From Eledone cirrhosa (Eukaryota): 64,000 nucleotides of DNA. Below the pieces are notes generated by a model, which worked only from the letters and a program-made list of their open reading frames with translations, did not search any database and was not told where the DNA came from. The DNA lies in the NCBI GenBank assembly GCA_964016885.1, contig OZ024747.1:11098001-11162000 (forward strand). The letters run 5' to 3'. The translations under genes were made by a program, and so were the position numbers. Positions 54,430-64,000 of the stretch are shown here, one piece after another (position 1 is the first letter of the stretch; the number at the start of each line of letters is the position of its first letter).

Positions 54430-56680
54430 AGCGACCTCATAGTCAGGATGAGACGTACTCGACAACAGAGGAGGACTACCCTTAGGAAAAGAATATGGAA
54501 GTTAAAGGACCCCCACAGCCAGTAGCAAATTTAAAAGCATATTACTTGATGCTTTTGACAGTAAGGAAGAGCAATTAGAGTCGTACAATATAGAGGAACA
54601 GTGGGAATTCCTGAAAGTTAACCTGCTGAAGGCGACAGACAAAATCTGTGGCTGGAGCAGACCTATAGGCAGGAGGAGAGTAACTTGGTGGTGGAGGAGT
54701 CAATCAAGGCCAAAAAGCAGGCTTGGAAAGTATAGCGGGATGGGGGAAGTAGAGAACTATCTAGTGGCCAGGAGGGAAGCTAGGAGACAAGTGTACTTTG
54801 CAAGAAGGGAAGCAGAGGAAAGAAAGTTCAAGCATGTTCTACAACGCGAGGACCAAAAATGTGAGGTGTTCAGGATTGCTAGGCAATGTGTCAAGGAAAA
54901 CCGTGATATTGTCGGGGAGAAGTGTGTCCATAATGATGATGGTGTACTTGCCATCACTGATGCTGATAAGAAGGTAACTTGGAAGTCTCACTACGAGAGG
55001 CTACTAAATGAGGAGAATAAATGGGACAAAGATAGTCTGCCCCACATCGATCAAATAGAGGGACCAACAGTGCAAGTTGAAGGTAGTATAATAAGTAAGG
55101 CAATCAAAGATATGAAGACAGGCAAGGCAGCTGGGCCTTCGGAGATAGTTGCTGAAATGCTGAAAGCATCTGGAACAGTGGGACACACCATGGTCACCCG
55201 GATAGTAAACCAAGTCATACAGAACGGTGTCATACCAAATGACTGGCATAGCAGCATCATCATTACTACTAGGGTAAAGGAGATGCACTAGATAGAGGAA
55301 ACTATAGAGGCATTAAATTAATCGACCAAGTCATGAAGGTCACAGAAAAAGTTATAGCGCAACTAATCAGAGAAAATTGATCTAGACAAAATGCAGTTTG
55401 GGTTTGTGTCAGGTAAAAGTACCACAGACACCCTTTTCTTTGTGCGACAACTACAGAAGTACCTAGCTAAAAGTAAACCCCTATACTTAGCTTTTGTTGA
55501 CTTGGAGAAAGCATTTGACAGAGTCCCCTGCGCCATTATCTGGTGGGCCCTTAGAAAACAAGGGGTTGATGAATGGCTTGTGAGAGCTATACAGGCCATG
55601 TGTAAAGAAACAGTTAGTAAGGTTAGAATTAACAATGAATATAGTGAAGAATTTAGCGTAAAAGTTGGTGTTCAAAAGGGCTCTGTCCTTAGCCCCCCCC
55701 CCCTCCTATTTATTATTGCCCTTCAGGCTATAACAGAGGAGTTCAAGACTGGCTGCCCATGGGAACTTCTCTATGCAGATGATCTAACGCTCATAGCTGA
55801 ATCGATGGATGAACTAGAAAAGAAATTCCAAACATGGAAGCATGGCCTAGAATCAAAAGGCCTTAAAGTTAACTTGTCTAAGACTTAAGTTGTAGTATGT
55901 AGGAAGGAAAATAGGGCACAGGTTCCCTCTGGGAAATGCCCATGCTCAGTGTGTAGGCAGAAATTTCATTTTATGTCCCAAATGCAAAGTATGGGTGTAT
56001 AAAAGATGTAGTGGGATCACAGGTAAGCTATCTAAGAACGTAGATTTTATATGTGGCCGGTGCTCAGTTGCAATAAGTAGCAAGTGCCCAGATGGCTCTA
56101 TAGAAATAGTGGACACCTTCCGTTACCTGGGTGACAAAATCAGCAGTGGTGGAGGGTGCTCAGAAAGTACAGTAGCCAGAGTCAGAACGGAATGGAAAAA
56201 GTTCAGAGAGCTTATACCACTATTGGCCACTAAAGGTGTCTCTAAAAATGAAAGGCAGAGTGTATGATGCTTGCATACGAACAGCTTATGTTACATGGCA
56301 GTGAAACATGGGCATTGTGTGCAGAGGACCTGCGCAGACTGGAGAGGAACGAAGCATGCATGCTCCGCTGGATGTGTAATAGTAATATACATGAACAGCA
56401 AAGCATAAATGAACTGAGAAATTAGGTATAAGAGGGATCAGATGCTGTTTACTCAAGAGAAGACTACGTTGGTATGGTCACGTGATGCGCATGAAAGACG
56501 ACAGCTGTATAAAAAAGTGCAGGGTGATCAAAATTGACGGAAGTTACGGAGTAGGCCGACCCAGAAAAACCTGGACGATTTGATAAATTCCGACCTTACA
56601 TAATTACACCTCTCTAAGACAATGTCGCTGGACCGAGATCTTTGGCACTGCACAGTAATACAGAAAACCCGCCTTGCCTA
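54430..56680 (+). mobile_element. RTE-type LINE remnant (5'-truncated, frameshifted) in GADD45GIP1 intron
   Basis: Motifs include TWWW, MKTGKAAGPSEIVAEMLK, NYRGIKL, MQFGFVSGKSTTD, YLAFVDLEKAFDRVP, GVQKGSVLSP, LLYADD (55772-55783), FRYLGD, RRLRWYGHVMRM and GRPRKTW. Confidence 0.93.
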
Positions 56681-56834
56681 AGTAAAAAGCGAAACCTAGT
56701 CAGTAGGTACCCCTTAATCAAATATACACACCCCTCACACTACCCCCAACTCCCCCACCCCTTTCTTTGTAAAGTTATGTTGGCACCACAACATCCAGTC
56801 CTAAATAAATGAGGTCGTGTAAGTGTCACAACAA

Positions 56835-57056
56835 AAAAACACAGTCCATGCTGTAATGTGGCCGTGTAGGGAACACGGTAAAAACCTCCCAATCCACACT
56901 GTAAACGTGGTTGGTGTTAGGAAGGGCATCCAGCTATAGAAAACCTGCCAGACAGTCCTATACGAGTAAGACAACCAATCTTGCCTCAAGTGGGACAATT
57001 CCCGTCTAAACCCATGCTAGCGTGGAAGATAGACGTTAAACGATGATGATGATGAT
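56835..57056 (+). mobile_element. RTE-tailed short element, family C (other copies ~58510-58670, ~59150-59415; minus copy ~58850-59110)
   Basis: CACTGTAAA.GTGGTTGG..TTAGGAAGGGCATCCAGCT.TAGAAA...CCCATGCTAGC.TGGAA...GACGTTAAACGATGATGAT. Confidence 0.7.
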
Positions 57057-57079
57057 ATATGGGGTTACATTATCCAAAG

Positions 57080-57345
57080 GCCGTCTCTAGATCTACAATA
57101 TCTAGATAGAGTACCTTACTATTCTCATATCTTTACTATAGAGTGTGGGACCCTGTCAAAAGCCTTCTCTGGGTCTACAGTACCTTACTCTGGTCACATC
57201 TTTATTATAGAGTGTGGAACCCTGTCAAAAGCCTTCTCTGGGTCTACAGTACCTTACTCAGTTCACATCTTTATTATAGAGTGTGGGACCTTGTCAAAAG
57301 CCTTCTCTAGAATCTACAATTGCTAGATACAGTATCTTACTCTTC
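57080..57345. repeat. 69-bp tandem repeat (3 full units plus partials) in GADD45GIP1 intron
   Basis: GAGTGTGGRACCYTGTCAAAAGCCTTCTCT starts at 57141, 57210 and 57279. Confidence 0.9.
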
Positions 57346-57666
57346 CCACATTATCTTTATTAAAATTTATATTTCTACTATTTAATTTTCAATTAAGTAT
57401 CTTTGCATTAAAATTTAATTTTACTCCCCATTGTATTTTCCAACTTTTTTTACTGGTTTCAGTCATTGAACTATGACCAGACAAAAGTACATTTCAGACC
57501 ATACCAAACCCTCAACTTATTTTATTCACCTTAGAACGATGAAAAGCAACATAATTCTCAATTAAAATTTGAATTTTTAGTACTAAATACCTTTTCATTA
57601 ATATTTAATTTTACTGCTTGGTTTAATTTTATTATTTTTCTATCCTTCTTTGTTAATTATTTGCAG

Positions 57667-57958
57667 AGAGCAGAGAATCAAAGATAATATGAAAGCGATG
57701 CCAAAACTGATTGCCGAATTCCATAAGCAAGCTGAACAAATGGAATTGTTACAGAAGAAACAGGAAGAAAAGAAAGCCAGACTCCTTGAAGAAGCACGAG
57801 AATACTTTGGTTATTCAGTAGAACCCCGTGATGAAAAATTCAAGGAGATGTTAGCTGAGAAAGAGGCTGCAGAAAAGAAGGCAGCTAAACAGCAAAAGAA
57901 AGCCGAGAAGTTAGCAAAAATCACTGCCAGGTTATCAATGGGAGAAGGAGGATCTTAA
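57667..57958 (+). CDS. GADD45GIP1: GADD45GIP1/CRIF1 exon 2 (terminal)
   Basis: A polypyrimidine tract and TTGCAG acceptor end at 57666. AG+A rebuilds Arg in frame: REQRIKDNMKAMPKLI...RLLEEAREYFGYSVEPRDEKFKEML...EK, matching the CRIF1 C-terminal pattern. TAA is at 57956-57958 and the spliced CDS is 744 nt (247 aa). Confidence 0.88.
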
Positions 57959-58035
57959 ATATATTTTATATAATGTTTGACATGTGTTCTGTGTTTAATA
58001 ATGTAATTAGGACTGACATTTATTTATTGAACAAA

Positions 58036-58041
58036 AATAAA
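58036..58041 (+). terminator. Candidate polyadenylation signal of GADD45GIP1
   Basis: AATAAA lies about 80 nt after the stop codon, with a second copy adjacent and GT-rich sequence downstream. Confidence 0.5.
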
Positions 58042-59622
58042 AATAAAAAAGAAAACTATAAATATAAATATCCATTATTGTTGGTGTTGTTATTTAACCC
58101 TCGGTCAGCAGAATAATAGGCAAAAGTATACAAAGAACTTGAGTGAGTGAAGGGAGGAATGAAATACAGAGAGAATAATAGAAAGGTAGTGCTAAACAGT
58201 GAGACAATAATAGTGAAGAGTAATGAAAGACGGTAATGACAGCTACATGTTTACTAGTGAGAGAGATTGAATAATGGATGCCAATAATAAGACAGAAGTA
58301 TAGACATATCTCTTCTGATCATGTGGTACATAGGAATGGTCAAAACAGTTACACTACACATACACACATATATGTGTGTATGTTTATATATACAAACAGG
58401 TAGTACTGGTACCATGACAAAAACCACACCATAAAGCAGTAAAAATGGTACAACAAAAAGCACCCAATTCACCCTGTAAGATGGTAGTACTGGAGTTGGG
58501 ATAAAATACTCCCAGTCCACTCTGTACGGTGGTTAGGTTAGGAAGGGCATCCAGCTGTAGAAACCAAGCTAAAAACAGTGCATACGATTAAGACATAGTC
58601 ACCTGACCTGTCAGTATGTGACAGTCCATTTAACACATTTATGTAAAATAGATGTTAAACAGTAATGATGGAGAGGATGGTGATTGTGGAGTCACTCCAG
58701 TGTGAATTGCAACTGTGTTAGGCAGAGTGGAATAACTTTAATTATCTAAATCTGAGTTTGTGTGAGTCACTACTTAAAGTTTCTAAGTCCCAGTCTTCAG
58801 TTGACATTTATTCTGGTCATATTTCTGGGAGGTGTTAATACTTATGTACCATCATCATCATCATCTTGCTAGCTAGGGTTGGACAGGTCATCACAGACCA
58901 AGTCACTACTCAAGTGGAGCTACTGACCTCTCAGATGAGCCATAGGCCTGCACTTTATATATTTTTCCATATTTTACTGCATCTTCCTTTCATATGTTCC
59001 TGCCCTCTCCTAAGTGCACTACAGAAGTTGTCATGTCTTTGACACAGCTAAAGTCTTCCTTACTCTCTGGCAAGTTTCCTATGGCTAGATGTTCTTCATA
59101 TCAACCACTTCAGCTGTATCAAAGAAAGCAGTAAAAGAATATTTACATATACTGTAATGTGGTTGTGTAGGTGTCATAACAAAAAGCACCCAGCCCACAC
59201 TGTAATGTGGTCCTGTTGGGGTCACAACAAAAAGTGTCCAGCACATACTGTAATGTGGTTGGCATTAGGAAGGCCATCCAGCTATAGAAACCAAGCCAAA
59301 ACCAGTTCTGTATGAGCAACACTTGGTCATTTGATCTGACTTGTCTCACAACAGGACAACTCGTCTAACCCATGCTAGCATGGAAAAATGGACATGTGAC
59401 AATGATGATGATGTCTTTATAACTCTTCATATATATATGTGTGTGGCAGTGTGAAGCTCCAACTTTCAAACTTATGAAGGGCTGAGGAAATATATTTATA
59501 CATGTAGGATGCTCAGGTACAGAAAATAACTATAATTACCGTAGTTTTCCCATCCTTACCCTATTTTATAAGCTATTTCATAGCAACTGACTTTAATTGC
59601 AGGTATTTTCTGCACTTCAACA

Positions 59623-59656
<34 letters not shown>

Positions 59657-60338
59657 ATAGTTGTAAATCGAAGTTTTAGCTGTTGTACAGCAAGTACTAT
59701 TCAATTTGTTTGAGACAATCACAAAACAATGGATCGAAAGTTTAAAAAATTAGGTTTAGAGTAAACAACAGATATAAAGTGACACCAAGAAAACTGACCG
59801 AAGGCACCAACTATACATAACTACGATAGATACAGAAAGGTTTAACTGACCTAAATATATGAACACCTTATTGTACGCAAGTGCCCTTCTGTGTGTAATG
59901 ACCACCCCTCACTCCTATTAACGCCTCCCCAGTGTTGCAGTCCCAATAAAATGTTCCCAGCCCATTTGTGGCTGGTTTAGGGCAGGTTGGTATTAAAAAA
60001 GTTAATTATAATTCATCATCATCATCATCATAATCACTTAACATCCATTTCCCTACTTACTATCATCATCATAATCATTGTCTGTATCAGGGGTTGTATC
60101 AGCTCTTCTAAGCTTTCATGGGTTGAACAAGACATTTTTAAGTATGATTCAAAATTCTGCTGATCCTCATCAAACTATTAAGTTGTAGGACATATTGTTT
60201 ATGAGACATAAAAAAAAAAAAGCACCATTTACTTAGAAGTCATGAAGACACACAGACCTGCACATACATGCTCACACACACACACACACGCGAGACAGGC
60301 TTCTGCACAATTGCCATCTACTACATTTTATTTTACAA

Positions 60339-60590
60339 GCTATAGTAGAAGACACTGCTTATTGCTTAAGGTACCACACTGTGGGACTGACCCACAAGAC
60401 ATTGGTCAACCCACAGCTATAGTAGAAGATACTTGCTTAAGGTACCACAGTGGGACTGACCCACAAGACATTGGTCAACCCACAGCTATAGTAGAAGACA
60501 CTTGCTTAAGGTACCACACTGTGGGACTGACCCACAAGACATTGGTCAACCCACAGCTATAGTAGAAGATACTTGCTTAAAGTGTCATAC
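60339..60590 (+). repeat. ~70-bp tandem repeat (3+ units), probably SINE-derived
   Basis: GCTATAGTAGAAGAYACTTGCTTAAGGTACCACACTGTGGGACTGACCCACAAGACATTGGTCAACCCACA repeated. Confidence 0.88.
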
Positions 60591-60619
60591 AGTAGTAGTA
60601 GTGTTATGAATACTTTTAT

Positions 60620-61640
60620 TCGGTAGAGCATTGAACAACAAGCATTGCAGCATAGAGTTGCAACCCTTTATGTTCTGTGTTCAAATCCAGCTGAGGTTAA
60701 CTTTACCTTTCATTCTTACAGGATCAATAAAATAAAGTACCAGTAACACGCTGGGTCGATATAATCAACTTGCCCCTCCCCCAAAAATTGTCGGCCTTGT
60801 GCCTAAATCAAAAACCATTATTATTGTTTTAATTGTTTAATTGTTGTTTTCCGACATAATTTAGGTTTTATACAACCTCTCCCTTGACCAATGGTGGCCA
60901 ATAAAAACATTGTTGGTGGTGGTGGTGTTGCTGTTATTGTCGATAAAATAAAGTACCAGTAATGCACTGGGATCAATCAACATGCTCACCCTCACCAAAA
61001 ATTGCTGGCCTTGTGCCAAAATCAGAAATCATTATTCTTATTGTTGTAGTTATTATTATTATTATTAAGGTCAACAGATTAGTAGAATTATTAGAGGATC
61101 AGACAAACTGCCTGGCAGTAGGTTCTGAGGTCAAATCCTGCAAAGGTCAACTTTGACTTTCGTCCTTCTAGAATCAATAAAACAAAGTACCAGTAATATG
61201 CTGGGGTTAATTTATAAACTAACCCTCACCAAATGTACCAGTAATGCACTGGGTTTAATTTATAGACAAACCCACCCTCCATCCCCACCAAAAATACCAA
61301 GTAATCTACTGGAGTTAAATTTATAGACTAACCCACCACCAAAGGTTTTCTGGCCTTGTACCTTTATTTGAAATTATTATTTATACAAATCTTATTATTT
61401 TTTGTTGTCATCATCATTATTATTATTATTGTTGTTGTTGTTGTTGTGGGATGTGGAATCAGTAGAGCATCCGAGTAAATGTCTGGCGGTATTTAGTTGT
61501 GACTTTTTATATTCTGAGTTCTAATCCCACCCAAGTCAACCTTTCATCTCTCTAGTGTGTTAGTTAATTAATGAGGTTAATACAATTGACTTTCACCTTC
61601 CCCCTTCCCCTAAATTGCTGGCCTTGAGCCAATAGTAGAA
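60620..61640 (+). mobile_element. Cluster of about four decayed SINE family A copies downstream of the PLAG-like gene
   Basis: Repeated GTTCAAATCC, AATAAAGTACCAGTAA and GGCCTTGT blocks near 60620, 60941, 61070 and 61455. Confidence 0.7.
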
Positions 61641-61700
61641 TTGTTATTATTATTATTATTGTTGTTGTTATCGTTATTTATCTATCAAATGATTTGTCCA

Positions 61701-63820
61701 TTAAAATGACTTGGTGTCCAAATGTTCAATGGTGGACAATTGGTTGTTGCTGGTGTCACCAGAATTGGCAGACCACATCAAAGATGGGGCCTCACACAGA
61801 ACCCCTGGGGCAGCAGAGAGAGTTTCACCTTGATTGGGGAGAGGTGCCAGACCTTCACGATAGAGTTGTAAATTTTCCAAGTACTTCTGACAAACAGCCA
61901 TGCTTCTACCTCCTTTCCCATGTTGTGAATCTGCTCCGACAGGACGGGAGGTGTTGTTGGTGATAATGGAGGGGGTGATGTTGGTATTGGTGATGGTAGT
62001 GGTGGCGGCGGTGGTGGAGGCTATGTCAAACTCTGAGGTGGAAGACGGAGTCAATAGGCTGTCCTTGTTCAACGGAGTATCCAAAAGTGATGAAACTGTT
62101 GAGACTACCCCAGGGGTGTACAACCGAGATTTCTCCATGTCATACAAGTGTTGTTCTGTAGTTTCAATGTTTGACAAAGACAACAACGTCGAAGAAAGAG
62201 CTGATGCAGTTGATGATACGAGACGAGACTTCTCTGGTGTACAGGGATAGGTAGCAGAGCATGTCTGTTGATGGCTACTGACAGGGGACGATGGGGGGAC
62301 TATGCCTGAAGATGGACAAGGAACCACTCTGGAATTAGTTGATTGGTTAGAATCACCAGTACCATATTGAAGGACATCTGACGATAATCCTGGGACTTCA
62401 CTGCAGCTGGCTTTTTCAAATGGGTTCTTGGAGAAAAGGTTGGCACTAAAACCAGGTTTGTATAGTTTCACAGATTCGGTGTCTTCTGGAGGAAAGTCTT
62501 TGTCGGAAATGGACAAACGAGAGAGGGCAGTCTGTGGAGGTGGTGACATCTTACTTTCGTCATCACCTACCACATCGTCATCATCATCGTCGTCATCATC
62601 CTCATCATCATCTTCATCGTCGTCACATTTCATTGAATTTGAGTCAGGCATTGTTGATGGCATAGCAACATCCCCAGCCCCTACTGGAACAGTGTTTGTT
62701 GTCTCAATCACTGGGCCATCGTTGCTGGTATCTGGAATCAGGACATTAGTGAGACTTGGTTCATCCCTGTTCACATCATGGCAACATGACTCTGAAGATT
62801 CCGTTGGTAATGAAACAGCATTTGTACTGACACTACTGCTACTACTGCTGCAGATCTCTCCACAGTCAGCTGGGTGACTGTGGAACCGCTGGAAATGCAG
62901 GTTCAAGTGGCCCCGACGACTGAAAAGCTGTGGGCAGTAAACACACTTGTACTCCTTCTTGCGAGAATGCACCAAGAGATGACGTTTCATGTCTTTCCTC
63001 TTTGAAAAAACCTTGCTGCACTCCAGACATTTGTGGGTTTTGTCAAGGCCCTTTGGGTAAACGATCCCGCCGTGGATCTTTAGATGTAGGAGAAGATCTT
63101 CCTTGTTGTCATATTTCTTATTACAGATTGGACAGTTGTTGATCTTGCCCTTCTCCGCTGCATGCATTGCCATATGTGTCTTGTGCATAAAGCGTGATAT
63201 GTACTGTTTACCACACTGCTTGCACACCCATGTAGGTTTGTCCGGTTTGTGGGTGTTCAGATGTGACGTCAGGTGGTCACGACGGCCAAAAGATTTCTCA
63301 CAGAAAAAACACTTGTGGTTTCGTGGTGCGCTGTGAATGAGCATGTGCCGATCAAGAAGAAACTTTGACACAAAAACTTTGCTGCAGTTCTCTGTTGTGC
63401 ATCTGTGCAACACTTTCCTACCATGTGCACACATTCTGCCACTCCCCCCAGCACCACTACAGTTGTTGTTGTTGCCACTATGGCTACTCCGTCTCTCCAG
63501 TTTACAAGAAACACACTCACTCTTGCGACTCCGTTTCTTCATCACCGATGGTGGAGAGATCAAAGCCAGTTTGGTAATTTTAGAACCAACATCGTCTGTA
63601 TCACTGGTACCAAGCAACATCTGACCAAATGTTGCTTTAGAAGACCGAGTAACACGTTTCAAGTTTTGGTTACCAATGGCACCAGCTTCCAGTGGGGTTC
63701 CAGTTGAGCGAACTTCAACATTTCTTTCAATCTTCAACTCTTTATTCATCGAACCATGAATAACATTGTCACAGGAAATGTTTTCTTTACAAACTTTTGC
63801 TGTAACCGCACTCTTTGAAC
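61701..63820 (-). CDS. PLAG-family (PLAG1/PLAGL1/PLAGL2-like) C2H2 zinc-finger protein, large terminal exon; upstream exon(s) outside window
   Basis: The frame is open for about 700 codons and has six C2H2 fingers colinear with PLAG fingers 2-7 (CSKVFVSKFLLDRHMLIH, HKCFFCEKSFGRRDHLTSHLNTHKPDK, HMAMHAAEKG, RKDMKRHLLVH, CVYCPQLFSRRGHL). An acidic Ser/Pro/Thr-rich tail follows. There is no upstream ATG, but a TTGTTTCCAG acceptor ends at 63821. Confidence 0.85.
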
Positions 63821-64000
63821 CTGGAAACAAATTATTGAATTATTAGTAATTTCATTTTAAAAAACATTACAATAGCTTCCCCACTCTATACTACTTACCT
63901 CCTTCACACACACACACCACAGACACACACATACACGTACACACACACACAAATACGTTCACAGACATACACAAACACCCAACTTCCCGCCACACATCAA

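Noticed and set aside
61900-63707. Plus-strand ORFs overlapping the zinc-finger exon
   Set aside because: They are antisense shadows of the PLAG-like coding sequence.

Overview
Repeat-rich, gene-poor animal DNA. The microsatellite load and SINE/LINE families suggest a cephalopod (Octopus-like) genome; this is an inference. Two host genes are supported. One is a complete two-exon GADD45GIP1/CRIF1 (mitoribosomal mL64) on + at 51827-52278 and 57667-57958. The other is the large terminal exon of a PLAG-family C2H2 zinc-finger gene on - at 61701-63820. Nearly all other listed ORFs are microsatellite translations. About 8.5-18.3 kb recurs at about 18.5-28.9 kb across a 200-N gap, probably as an unmerged contig or haplotype overlap. 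The rest is retroelement debris: RTE-type LINEs (with a PHD-like finger inside the RT), an R4/Dong-like remnant, an L1/Tx1-like end, several SINE families and Penelope-like elements (PLEs). The most interesting signals are not in the ORF track. (1) A PLE family forms fold-back elements of inverted pLTRs, each arm carrying a minimal hammerhead-ribozyme motif, and one copy holds GIY-YIG endonuclease fragments on both strands. (2) Two further, unrelated hammerhead-like motifs occur. (3) At least four or five minisatellites have units that are recognisable pieces of retroelement sequence. (4) There is a tandem array of YY1/Pho sites. (5) A short internally deleted RTE derivative is associated with (ATGT)n. 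All calls were made by eye and repeat boundaries are approximate.
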